From: Anaeramoeba ignava BMAN
Taxonomy: Eukaryota; Protista; Anaeramoebae
Assembly: GCA_028826165.1 (NCBI GenBank)
Contig: JAPDFW010000068.1
Coordinates: 124,001-188,000 of the forward strand
Length of the DNA: 64,000 nucleotides
Reading direction: 5' to 3'
Numbering within the stretch: the first letter of the stretch is position 1; every line of letters begins with the position of its first letter. The notes under the pieces were generated by a model. That model worked only from the letters and a program-made list of their open reading frames with translations, searched no databases and was not told where the DNA came from. Of this stretch, positions 45,001 through 58,505 are shown piece after piece. Position numbers and translations under genes: made by a program.

Positions 45001-45855
45001 GATCAATAAATCAAATTCATAATCATAATCATAATCATAATCATAATCAAATTTAAAATTAAAATTAAAATTAAAATTAAAATTAAAATTAAAATTAAAA
45101 TTAAAATTAAAATTAAAATTAAAATTAAAATTAAAATTCAAATTAATATTAAATTAAAATTAAAATTCAAAAATTAAAATTAAAATTAAAATTAAAATTA
45201 AATTTAAAATTAAAATTAAAATTAAAATTAAAATTAAAATTAAAATTAAAATTAAATTTAATAAAATTAAAATTAAAATTAAAATTAAAATTAAAATTAA
45301 AATTAAAATTAAAATTAAAATTAAAATTAAAATTAAAATTAAAATTAAAATTAAAATTAAAATTAAAATTAAAATTAAAATTATATTTTGAAATTAAAAT
45401 TACAAATAAAGTAAAGAATTAGAATGAATATATTCTAAAGCAGAAACTAATTGAGCAGCATATTCTCTAATACAAGAATGAGAAAAAACTTTTGGATTAT
45501 CATTAAGTAAAGAAAGTAAAGAAACACCAGGAATAAATTCAGAAACATAATTAATAAATCCATTTTCACAAAATTTAGTAACAGATTTTCCTAAAAAAGG
45601 ATTTGTTGATGGAAAATCAAAAATTATATTTTGATTCTCTTTTTTTCTGTTTTTGAACCGTTTTAAATAATATAATTCTTCTTTTTTTTTATTGAAAATT
45701 ATATATATTGATTCTTCATTGTTTTCTAGTTTCTTTATTATCAATATATCTTTGTAACTTAATTTCTTCTCTTCGTTTTTATTTTCTTTTGTTATTGTTT
45801 GTGTGATTTTCATTGCTTTTTTTGCGTTTTTTAATTTTGTTAATGCAAATCCCAT
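42092..45855 (-). CDS. AGC-family protein kinase-like (probable pseudokinase) with N/Q-rich tail, 7 exons; 3' end uncertain
   Basis: The spliced product reads [94 protein letters not shown]. Confidence 0.8.
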
Positions 45856-46615
45856 TTTTTTATTTATTTTTATTTCGTTTTTGATTTTTTTTTTGATTAA
45901 AAAATCAAATTATTTTTGTTTTAATAATAATAATAAAAATTATAAAAAATAATTATTAAATTTAAAGTTGAATAAAATAGAAAAATTAATTAAAAAATTT
46001 ATTATAAAAAAATTGAAAAAAATGAAAATGAAAAAAATAGAAAAAAATTTTTTATTAATTTTATTTAAATATTTTTTTCTTTTTATTATTTGTTTTTATT
46101 TTTATTTTTGTTTTGGATCCTTTCTTTTTCTTTTTAATTAAAAAATAAATAAAAAAAAAATTGATCTTTTAAAATAAAAAAAATTGATCTTTTTAAATAA
46201 ATAAAAAAATTAAAAATTTAAATTTAAAATTCAAGTGTTAAATAATTTAATAAATCAATTCAAAATAAAAAGAATAAGAAAAATAAAAATAAAAATTGGA
46301 AAGCAAAAATTATTTATAATTATTTATAATTATTTATTATTTTTATTTTATTTTTGACATTATGAAATATTTTTTAATTAAATAAAATAAACAAAATTCC
46401 TTTTAAAATTGTTTATTTATTTTTTTTTTTTTAATAGATCCAAATTAAAAAATAAAAAATAAAAATAAAAATTGTTTTATTTAATTGTTTTTAAATTAAA
46501 ATCTTTATTTAATTTAGGGGTAAATTTCTCAAGATTTTATTAAGATTCAAAAAAATTTTTTTTTTTTTGATTTTGTTTTTGATTTTTTGGAATTTCTTAA
46601 ATTTAATCAAGTAAA

Positions 46616-49591
46616 TCAACAACAACCACCATTTTTTGCTTTAATTTCAGGTTTTTTTTCAATTGAAATAGTTTGTTGATTATTATTTTCTTCAATAGAG
46701 ATTTCAACTTCTTGATTATTTTGAGAAATTAATAAAGATGTAAAATCATAAAATGCTTTTTCAACTCCTTCTCCTGTTTTTGCTGATGTTAGAAAGTGTC
46801 TTACTTGTAATTTTTTAGAAGATTCCTCAATCTAATTAAATTAAAAATTAAATTAAAAATTAAATTAAATATTAAATTAATTAAATATTAAATATTAAAT
46901 TAAATATTAACTTCTTCTTGAGTAACTTCATGATCTTCAAGATCAATTTTGTTTCCTATAACTCCAATTTGTGCATTTTCTCCTGCATTTTCTTTTATTA
47001 AATTTAACCAAAATTCAATTTTTTCAAATGATTGTTTATCACAAACATCAAAAACTATCAAAACACCTGATGAATTTCGAAAAATGCTAAATATGATAAT
47101 TTGAAATAAATTGGATATAAATTGGAAATAAATTGGAAATAAATTGGATATAATTTGAAATAAATTGGATATGAATTGGATATAAATTGGAAATAAATTG
47201 GAAATAAATTGGAAATAAATTGGAAATAAATTGAATATAAATTGGATATAAATTGAATATAAATTGGAAATAAATTGGAAATAAATTGGATATAAATTGG
47301 ATATAAATTGGATATAAATTGGAAATAAATTGAATATAAATTGGATATAAATTGGAAATAAATTGGTTATAAATTGGAAATAAATTGGAAATAAATTGGA
47401 AATAAATTGAATATAAATTGGATATAAATTGAATATAAATTGGAAATAAATTGGAAATAAATTGGATATAAATTGGATATAAATTGGAAATAAATTGGAA
47501 ATAAATTGGAAATAAATTGGAAATAAATTGGATATAAATTGGAAATAAATTGGAAATAAATTGGATATAAATTGGAAATAAATTGGAAATAAATTGGAAA
47601 TAAATTGGAAATAAATGTTGGAATAAATTGGAAATAAATTGGAAATTGGATATAAATTGGAAATAAATTGAATATAAATTGGAAATAAATTGGAAATAAA
47701 AATAAATTGGATATAAATTGGATATAAATTGGAAATAAATTGGAAATAAATTGGAAATAAATTGGAAATAAATTGGAAATAAATTGGAAATAAATTGGAA
47801 ATAAATTGGAAATAAATTGGAAATAAATTGGAAATAAATTGGAAATAAATTGAATATAAATTGGATATAAATTGGAAATAAATTGGAAATAAATTGAATA
47901 TAAATTGGAAATAAATTGGATATAAATTGGAAATAAATTGGATATAAATTGGAAATAAATTGGAAATAAATTGGATATAAATTGGATATAAATTGGAAAT
48001 AAATTGGAAATAAATTGGATATAAATTGGAAATAAATTGGATATAAATTGAATATAAATTGGATATAAATTAGATATAAATTGGATATAAATTGGATATA
48101 AATTGGATATAAATTGAATATAAATTGGAAATAAATTGGAAATAAATTGGAAATAAATTGGAAATAAATTGGATATAAATTGAATATAAATTGGATATAA
48201 ATTGGATATAAATTGGATATAAATTGGATATAAATTGGATATAAATTGGATATAAATTGGATATAAATTGGAAATAAATTGGAAATAAATTGGAAATAAA
48301 TTGGAAATAAATTGGATATAAATTGGATATAAATTGGATATAAATTGGATATAAATTGGAAATAAATTGGAAATAAATTGGATATAAATTGGATATAAAT
48401 TGAATATAAATTGGATATAAATTGGATATAAATTGGATATAAATTAGATATAAATTGGATATAAATTGGATATAAATTGAATATAAATTGGAAATAAATT
48501 GGAAATAAATTGGAAATAAATTGGAAATAAATTGGAAATAAATTGAATATAAATTGGAAATAAATTGGATATAAATTGGATATAAATTGGAAATAAATTA
48601 GATATAAATTGAAAATAAATTGGAAATAAATTGGAAATAAATTGGATATAAATTGGATATAAATTGGATATAAATTGGAAATAAATTGGAAATAAATTAG
48701 ATATAAATTGGATATAAATTGGAAATAAATTGGAAATAAATTGGAAATAAATTGGAAATAAATTGGAAATAAATTGGAAATAAATTGAATATAAATTGAA
48801 TATAAATTGAATATAAATTGAATATAAATTGGATATAAATTGAATATAAATTGAATATAAATTGGATATAAATTGGATATAAATTGGATATAAATTGGAT
48901 ATAAATTGGATATAAATTGAATATAAATTGGAAATAAATTGAATATAAATTGAATATAAATTGAAAATAAATTGAATATAAATTGGAAATAAATTGAAAT
49001 TTTAAAAGATTTTATTAAGAAAATTCATTTACACTTGTGGATTTGAATTAAATCTTTCTTGTCCTGCTGTATCCTATTTAAATAATAAAATATTAAAATC
49101 AAAATTAAAATGTAAATTAAAATCAAAATTAAAATCAAAATTAAAATGTAAATTAAAATGTAAATTGATTTTAATGTAAATATATTAAATGGTTTATAAA
49201 TAAAAAGAACTATACCCATATTTGAAGATTAACACGAGATCCATCAACTTCAAGAATCTTATTTTTCATATCAAATCCAACAGTAGTCATTGATTCATCT
49301 TTAAATTCATTATCAACATATTTACGAATTAAATTTGTTTTTCCAACAGAAGCATCTCCTTTTTAATAATATTAATTATAATTTTAATTATAAATTGAAT
49401 TATAAATTGAATTATAAATTGAATTATAAATTGAATTATAATATTAATTTTAATTATAAATTGAATTATAAATTGAATTATAAATTGAATTATAAATTGA
49501 ATTATAAATTGAATTATAAATTGAATTTTGTTGTAAAAATACCAATTAATGCAATTTTGAAAATTGAATCATAACCAATATCATCTGCCAT
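46616..49591 (-). CDS. Rab-family small GTPase (divergent), 5 exons
   Basis: GDASVGKT, TTVGFDM, IWDTAGQERF, GNKID, TSAK and C-terminal GGCC-stop after splicing four GT-AG introns. Confidence 0.9.
47100..48998. repeat. 11-bp minisatellite (AAATTGGAWAT variants), ~1.9 kb, filling Rab intron 3
   Basis: Visible tandem unit with variants GGAAAT/GGATAT/GAATAT. Confidence 0.95.
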
Positions 49592-49957
49592 TTAAATTGA
49601 TATATAAAAATGTATTAAAAAAAATGAAAAAAATGAAAAAATGAAAAAATGAAAAAAATGGAAAATGAAAAAAATGGAAAATGCATTGTTGGAATTTACA
49701 CTTTCTTAATAAAGAATTTCAAATCAAAATCAAAATCAAAATCAAAAATTAAAATCAAAAATTAAAATTAAAATTCAAATTAAAATCAAAATCAAAAATT
49801 TAAAAATCAAAATTAAAATTAAAAATCAAATTAAAATCAAAAATCAAAAATTAAAATTAAAATTAAAATTAAAATTAAAATCAAAATCAAAATCAAAATT
49901 AAAAAGTGGAATAAAATTAAAATTTAATCAAAATCGTTTTTTTTTTGTTAATTCAAT

Positions 49958-52900
49958 TTATTTTTTAATCTCTCTTGAATATAAAGAAGTAAACTTATTA
50001 GGAACAGCAACAAAATATTTAGCAATAGAAATATCAAATCTTGATTTATATTCTTTAGGGGAAATTATAGTAGGAATTTTCCCTTTACCACCTCCAACTA
50101 AACCAGTTCTTTTAACCCAGGATTCTAAATGTTTATCCCAAGTATATTGACGCAAATAATCAATAATCCCAATGATAATTTCATTGCTTTTTTCATCAAT
50201 TCCAACAAGAAGTGAATAATCCATGATTTTTAATGAAGATAAAAAAGCTGAATCATTGAGTATCGCAACCATCATCGAATTCTTCGATTCAACATCACAA
50301 AAAAATGGTGTTCCATAAATAAAATCTTTTAGATTTTCATCTTGAAAAAATAGTTGATTTGGAAATTGTTCTCTTTGAGTAAATGATTTCTTTTTTGAAT
50401 TAATTTTGATTTGTTCATTTGAATTTTCATTTGAATTTTCGTTTGAGTTTTCATTGGAATTTTCATTAATTATTTTTTGATGTTTTCGATTTGGAATATT
50501 TTGAGGTTCAGTTTTTTCAAAATTTTCAGAATTTTGAGAATTTTCAATAAAATCAAGCGATTCAAAAGATTCAGAATATTGCTCGTTTGTCTTAATAAGT
50601 TGGTTATGAGGAATCTCAATATAACGGCTTCTTTTAGAGCCTTTTAAATCAAAAATCCTTGATACATTGCGTCCATAAAAGAGATTTTCCATGAGAACTA
50701 ATGTTTGTGAATTTTCCTTAATATTAGGTGTTGATACAGTGATTTTAAAAAGACCGAGGATTTTAACCAAAACTGAAGGTAATTTTTGGAACAAATTTTT
50801 CTCGGCATATTGGAAATAACTTGGTGCAAGTAAATTCAATGATTCGAATTCTGTTTTGGATATTTTTTTGAAAATAAAACGATCATCCAAAGTTTTGACA
50901 AATAATGATCCAGATTTTCCACCTTTTGTTTTCCATCTTTTGCATCTTGAGATTGACTGGAAAAAATACTGATCACTCAAATAGGGATCAATGCAACAAT
51001 ATCTTCGGAGAGCTTCAAATTGCTTTGGATAATAAATAGTGCAGGAAAATTCGCTTTTCAATTCGGGATAAGCATCTGAAATGGTAATGTGATTTTGATC
51101 CAAATCTTGAAGAACCAAAGAAATGAGTTTTGGATCGTTAACTTGTGACAAATTCGGTGCTGGATTCCCGAGACTGCGAAGCTGCTTGTAGTATTCTACC
51201 GATGACAGAACGCTTCCAATGATTGTGCTTGGTTCGTCATCGTAAATGCAGTATAATCGATTATTTAGACTTTCAGGAACAAATATCCATGAACGAGATT
51301 CGTGAAAAATTTCATCTTCAAAGTTTTTTTGATTTTCGGGAAAATCTTTAATTTCGGGAATTTTTGGATCGTTTTTATTTTGTGGACTTTTCGACTCGCA
51401 AACAGGCGATTTACTTTGATTAGAAAGTGGAACGCTACGTGGTGTTTTAACAATTGGACTTGAGGATAGTGCCATTTGGATGTTGGTTTCTAGTGGCTCC
51501 TCAATGCTTTGTTTGTTGTGAGTCTCAAAGGAATGGTGAGAAGAGTTTGTTTTGGGAATGATTTTCAAGTTCAACTTGTCGTCAAACATTATGGATTCGA
51601 TCTGTGAGTGATCTTGAGCCATTAAAAAAAATTGAGCATGAATAAATTTAATGCGAATTTTTGGAGTAGGTATGGTATTGGCAACTGGTGTTACATTAGT
51701 ATTCAAATTTTGATTTGTATTTTGATTTGTATTTAAATTTGTATTTAAATTTGTGTTTGTATTTGTATTTGTATTTGAAATATCCAATGCTTCTTTTTCA
51801 GATGGATTTTCGTTTGATTTCAAAATGGATGTTGATTGCGATATCACTATTTTCTTGATCTTCTCTACAAATCCTGTAAGTAAAATATACCACTGCATGA
51901 CTTTTTTGAACAATTCTTGCTTTTGTCTATTTAACTGAAAAATATCTAATTTTTGAATCTCAAATTTTCTTAGTTTTTCTGGGAAAGTTGTTTCTTCTTG
52001 GATGACTTTATTCAGTTGAGAAACTGCCTCATTAAGCAATTCTTCTGTGCTCTTATTGATTTTGCGTTCTTTGCCAGTTTTTAGGAATTGGGCTTGGATT
52101 TGCATGTTTATAAAATTGATAAAATGATCCAATATATATCTCACATATTCAAATACATTTGAAGACATTTTGATGAGGATGTTGCGAATTTTCTCAAGAA
52201 AAGCAAATGTGTTACTCTTTTTGAATTGGGTTGTGTTTCCAAGACAAACTATTCTCATTGAGTTAATATCGTTATATTCAAAACAAGCAATCATTTTTCC
52301 AAAAGCAAAATATCTAAAAAAATTTGAATGCATAAGATGATTGCACAAGGGTTTTGAAGAAATATCCGCGCGAACCGCCACGTTGCGCTGATAAAACCAC
52401 AGCTCAAGAAATTTGGAAAATGAATAAAATTGCGAAAATTGGGTGAGTTCTCTTGATCCTGTTACTTTTTGACAAATTGGACAATAAGCCCAAGTTTGGA
52501 TCGAATTTTCAGCTCCAGGAATCCATGTCTGTGGAGTCTGTAATTGAACGGAAATTGTTAGGCATCCGTTGTTGTGGATGTAGTTGCGAAATATTAATCC
52601 ATGCAAATAGGATTTTTCATTTAAATTTCGTGTATTTTGTGTGTTGATTTGTCCTGTCAATTTTAATTCTTGTTTTTTTGAGAAGCATTCTTTCATCAAG
52701 AACTCACCCAATGTTATATCCCGATTCCCATAGAACTGAACACTGCGAGTATTCAACTCGATTCTTTTGAACTGGTATTTGCGGGAGTCGATAATAACAG
52801 CCATAAAATTAAGAAGAGAATAAACATTTTTTTTGTGGCGAATTCTTAATAGATATTCTTGAGTTGATAATTTTTCAAGTTCCTTTTGTGTTTCTTGTTG

Positions 52901-55900
52901 AATGATTTTTTGGGTCTGTTGCTCTTCCTTTTGCTCTTCAAATTCCTCTGCGATTTTGTTGGGTTTGAAATGCATGTTTGTGATTTCCAAAAAATCATTT
53001 TCTGCAATTTGAGTTTCATTTATAATATTTGATTTGGATTGATTTTGCTGATTTAAAAATTCATTTTGATTTGAGTCACAAAAAGCGGAATTTTCACAGA
53101 AATTAACATTTGGCGAGATTGATAGGATTTTTTTCTTTGCAGATTCTTTGTCGATATTTTCATTGTTATCTTCATTGAAAAGAACCAAAGCTTGGAGATC
53201 GTGGAGAGTATGCGATTCAAATCGAGAATTCCACAATGAAAAAACAGCTAATTGGAAAATCCTTTTCAATTCGGTGAGTTTTGCCTTGGTTTCTCCTCTT
53301 ATTATAATTGAAATTAATGACAAAGGGTTTGTTTCGTCTTGTATTGATTTGATCTTGATAATTGTTCTTTTTCTGAGTTTGATTGGTTGATCTTCCTTTT
53401 GATCAAGGAAGTATTTCTGGTTAATTTCATTGACTTCATTTTCAACTGAATCCTCCTCAATATGATTGATTTCTGCGGAAAATTCCTTGCAGATTCCAAG
53501 GTTGATTTGGTTTTTGTCTTCATCAAATTCGTCAATAATTTCAGCACCTGTTATTTTGGATATTTTTTTCAAAACACTCGATTTGACATTTGAAACAATT
53601 GCGATTCCGTGGTTGTGAATTTTTTCCTGAACAGATCGTGAAACGGAACCGCTGACTAAAATTACATTTGGTTTCAAACTTATTATTTTTTTTAAAAAGG
53701 GTTCTAGTGATTTCTGCTCGTTATTAATTGCAGAAATAAGCGAATAAATACGAAATTTATTGTCTGTTTTTTTCTTTCTTTTTTCGTATTGATTATTTTG
53801 ATATTGCTTCTGTTTTTGGTGAAATTTGACATTTAAAAAATCAATGTTTCCTTGAATCAATAGAATTTTTGCATTTTTAATAAGTTTTTCTGTGCTTCTG
53901 TGATTGAAATTTCTTGAGAAAATGATTCCTTCAACCAATTCGGAAAAATTACTATTTTTTCCTGGAATTTTTTTGATTTTAATGCATCTAAGAATATTTT
54001 TAGGGATTTCATTAGATTTTATTTGCATTGATTGTGCTTGTTGTTTTCTATTGAATAAAAAATCACTTAATAAATCACATGTTTTTTCTGCAAGAGATAT
54101 TAAACGTGGTGTCCATTTTTCAACATCTATTGATTTAGCTTTCATTAATTGCTCAATTACTGAAACTATATGCAATTTTGTTATTTGCTGAATTTGTTTA
54201 AGATGATTGTTTTCCAAATCGAGAGTATTTTGTGTGATTTTATCAGGATGAATATAATTTGGAACCTGAATAAACGCTATTAATTGATAAATAATAATTT
54301 AAAAATATATATAAATATATAAATATTTTTTTTTTGATATATATGATATTTTTGTTTACTTCGATTTTTTTGATTTTGTAATTTAAGTGACAAAGGTAAA
54401 AAATAGCGAAATCTGGAAGTCTGAATTTTTTCAATATGTATATCTTTTTCTTGTTTGATTTTGAATAATTTTAGTTGATTTTTGAGATCCAATAACGAAG
54501 AATTTTGTATTTCCTTTTCAATTTCGTTTTGAATTTTATTTTGAATAAATTCATTTTGAATAATTTCCCTTTCAAGTTCTTTTTCAATTTCCTTTTCAAT
54601 TTCTTTTTCTTGAGATTTATTTTTTTTCCATTTGAATTTGAATTTTGATTTTGATTTTGATTTTGATTCTCTTAATTTTTTGCGACAAAAAGAACAAACA
54701 TAAAGATGGTAATCAAAATTATATTTTTTTGGAGATAAAATTTTCAAACAATTTGTGCAATAATGTTTATGACAAATATGGCAAAGTTTTAATGAAGAAA
54801 TATTTTGGAATTGTTTTTTACATTTTGAACAGTAAAATTTCTTCTGTTTTTGGAAAAATTTTTTGGAAAGATGAGATCTTTCGTAATTTGAGATGAGATC
54901 TACAATTGATTGGAAAGAATGTATGTTTGAAATTTTCACTGAAGAAGATTGATTTTCTGATTCAGATAATGTTTTTTCTTCAACAAAAGGAAGAAAGTGG
55001 TGAGTTGATTTTTGAATTTTTTTAGATAATTCTGTGAATTTATATAATTTTTCATTTTCTTTTAAATTTGAATTTTGATTTTGATTTATATTTTGATTTT
55101 TATTTTTATTTTGATTATTTTTATTATTTTGATTTATATTTTGATTTTTATTTTTATTTTTATTTTGATTTTCATTTTGATTTTTATTTTGATTTTTATT
55201 TTTATTTTTATTTTTATTTTTATTTTTTATTTTGATTATTTTGGTTATTTTGATTTTGATTTTGATTTTGATTTTGATTTTGATTTTGATTTTGATTTTG
55301 ATTTTGATTATTTTGATTTATATTTTGATTTATATTTTGATTTTGATTTTGATTATTTTGGTTTTGATTTATATTTTCATTTATTATTTTGATTATTTTG
55401 ATTATTTTGATTATTTTGGTTATTTTGGTTATTTTGGTTATTTTGATTATTTTGGTTATTTTGATTATTTTGATTTATATTTTGATTATTTTGATTATTT
55501 TGATTATTTTCATTTTGATTATTTTGATTATTTTGATTATTTTGGTTATTTTGGTTTTCATTTTCATTTTCATTTTCATTTATATTTTGATTATTTTCAT
55601 TTATATTTTGATTATTTTTATTTTGGTTATTTTGATTATTTTGATTTATATTTTGATTTATATTTTGATTTATATTTTGATTTTTATTTTTATTTTGGCT
55701 TTTATTTTGATTATTTTCATTTTGATTATTTTGATTATTTTGGTTTTGATTTATATTTTGATTTATATTTTGATTTTGGTTTATATTTTGATTTATATTT
55801 TGATTTTGGTTTTGATTCTGATTTATATTTTGGTTATTTTGGTTATTTTGGTTATTTTGGTTATTTTGATTATTTTGATTTTGATTTATATTTTGATTTT

Positions 55901-56880
55901 GATTTTGATTTTGATTATTTTGGTTATTTTGGTTATTTTGGTTATTTTGGCTTATATTTTGATTTATATTTTGATTTATATTTTGATTTATATTTTGATT
56001 TATATTTTGATTTATATTTTGATTTTGATTTTGATTTTGATTTTGATTTTGATTTTGATTTATATTTTGATTTATATTTTGATTATTTTGATTATTATGA
56101 TTTTGATTATTTTGATTATTTTGGTTATTTTGGCTTATATTTTGATTATTTTGATTTTGATTTTGATTATTTTGATTTTGATTTATATTTTGATTTTGAT
56201 TTTGATTTTGATTTTGATTTTGATTTATATTTTGATTTTGATTATTTTGATTTTGATTATTTTGATTGAATTTGAATTTGAATTTGATTTTGATTTTGAT
56301 TTTGATTTATATTTTGATTTTGATTTTGATTTATATTTTGGCTTTGATTTTGATTATTTTGATTTTGATTTTGATTTTGATTTTGATTTTCATTTTGATT
56401 TTCATTTTCATTTTGATATGTATTTTGATTTTGATTTATATTTATATTTTGGTTATTTTGGTTATTTTGGTTATTTTGATTTTTATTTTGAATTTGATTT
56501 ATATTTTGATTTTGATTTTGATTTATATTTTGATTTATATTTTGATTTTGATTTATATTTTGATTTTGATTTTGATTTTGATTTTGATTTTGATTTATAT
56601 TTTGGTTTTGATTTATATTTTGATTTATATTTTGATTTATATTTTTATTTTTATTTTGATTTATATTTTGATTTATATTTTGATTTATATTTTGATTTTG
56701 ATTTATATTTTGATTTTGATTTATATTTTGATTTATATTTTGATTTATATTTTGATTTGAATTGGAATTTGGATATAAATCTAAAATATCAGATAAACGT
56801 AAATATCTTTCTTTCTTTTGTATTTTTAAATTTTTTTTGTTTTTAATTTTAGATTTTTTTAAAGCTGGAAAATCAGCCAT
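49958..56880 (-). CDS. FAB1: PIKfyve/Fab1 1-phosphatidylinositol-3-phosphate 5-kinase (N/Q-rich N-terminus, FYVE-like finger, CCT-like domain, PIPK domain), 2 exons
   Basis: IKIKKIPG, YSFSKFLE, DDEPSTII, GGKSGSLFVKTLDDRFIFK, FDLKGS, MDYSLLVG and IIDYLRQYTWDKHLESWVK motifs. Intron at ~54359-54277. Apparent frameshift(s) in the repeat near 56260. Confidence 0.88.
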
Positions 56881-57257
56881 TTTTTTTTTCTTTTTAATAA
56901 AATAAACTAACAATAAAATAATGTGAAAAAAAAACACTAAAAAACAAAAAAGGAAAAGAAAAAAAATGAATTTTAAAAAAATGAAAAAAATTTTCCAAAT
57001 TAAATTTTGATTTTAATTTCTAATTTTAATTTTAATTTTAATTTTAATTTTAAATTGAATTTTAATTTTATTTTTAATTTTAATTTTAATTTTAATTTTA
57101 ATTTTAATTTTTAAATTTTAATTTTAATTTTAATTTTTGATTTTGATTTTGATTTTAAATTGAATTTTGATTTCAATTTTAATTTTAATTTTAATTTTTA
57201 TTTTAATTTTAAATCTAAAAATCAAAATCGGAAAAAAATAGAATTTTATCAACTTTT

Positions 57258-58270
57258 TTATTTCAATTCGTTTTCAAGATATTGATAATCAAATTGAAAA
57301 GAATCCAAAGATTTTTCTTTCCAATCATCTTTAAAATCAAAATGAACATAAGCACCTCTTTCATAAGTTTCAGTAGTTTGTTCTGGAAATTCCTTACGAT
57401 GGAACCAAGTAGAGAGCTGAGTATGGAAGCTCCAACCGTTTTGCTTAAGACGTTTAGCCGCTAAATATTGTTGATAAGTTCCTGGTTCAAAATAAAAAAT
57501 ATAAAACAGTGTCTCAAGATCAAGCTTATTTATTATGTTTGCTGGATACTGGCAGTCCCGTAATGCCTTTTCATCCTTTTCGAGGAAAATGTTCTCCCTG
57601 AGATTACGTGCTTGCTTCTGGATCTCAGGTGTGCTCTTCATGCTACGATCTAACATTTTTAATATGTTTTCTTCTTCTTCATTAAATTTTTTTGTTTCGA
57701 TTTCTTTTTCTGTTGGTTTTGTTGTTTCGTTAATTGTTGTTTTTTCGTTTTTTTCTTCTCTTGGTTTTGTTTGTGTTGTTTCATTTGGTGTTTCTGTTTT
57801 TGTTGGTGCTAAATTTTATATGAATTTTAATTTTAATTTTTAATTTTATAAATGAATTTTAATTTTGATTTTGATTTTATAAATGAATTTTAATTTTAAT
57901 TTTAAATTTTAATTTTAATTTGAATTTTAAATTTTAATTTTGATTTTAATTTCATTTTTAATTTTATAAATGAATTTTAATTTTAATTTTAATTTTAATT
58001 TTAATTTTAATTTTAATTTTAATTTTAATTTTAATTTTAATTTTAATTTTAATTTGAATTTTAATTTTAATTGAATTTACTTTGAGGTGTTTGTGGTGAT
58101 TTTTTATTTCCATGCTTTCGTTGATTTGTTTTTGGTCGATTTGTTGGTGACTTAGATTTATTATTTGGTGAATTTGGTTGTTTTGGTGAAGTTGGTGTTC
58201 TTTTTATAAATTGATCCTCTTTTGTTTTTTTTGTTGGATGTTTATTATCTTTTTTTTGATTGTGAGACAT
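57258..58270 (-). CDS. CCR4-NOT NOT2/NOT3/NOT5 (NOT-box) protein, 2 exons
   Basis: KLDLETLFYIFYF.PGTYQQYLAAKRLKQNGWSFH..WF..GAYVHFDF motif. Intron 58080-57809. Confidence 0.85.
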
Positions 58271-58505
58271 TTTTTAATAATATTAATAATAAAATTTAAT
58301 TTGAATTTTATTTTAAAAAGAAAGAAAAAAATGAAAAAAAAATGAAAATAAAAAAATTTGGTTTTGAAAAGATTTTATCAATTATGTTTTTTTTTTATCT
58401 TTTTGTTGTTTTGGAAATGAAAAAAAAAAAGAAGATGAAAGAAAGAAAGAAAGAAAAAAAAATCAATAAAAGATTTCCCAATTTATTTTTAATTGATTGA
58501 TTAAC

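Noticed and set aside
47100-48998. CRISPR-like or telomeric/centromeric array
   Set aside because: There are no unique spacers and no cas genes. The array lies wholly within a GT-AG intron of a Rab gene.
49958-54217. Intein or other insertion in the long PIKfyve ORF (inteins are reported in Anaeramoeba)
   Set aside because: Domain order and length are normal, and I saw no C/S...HN-C/S/T splicing motifs or LAGLIDADG blocks by eye.
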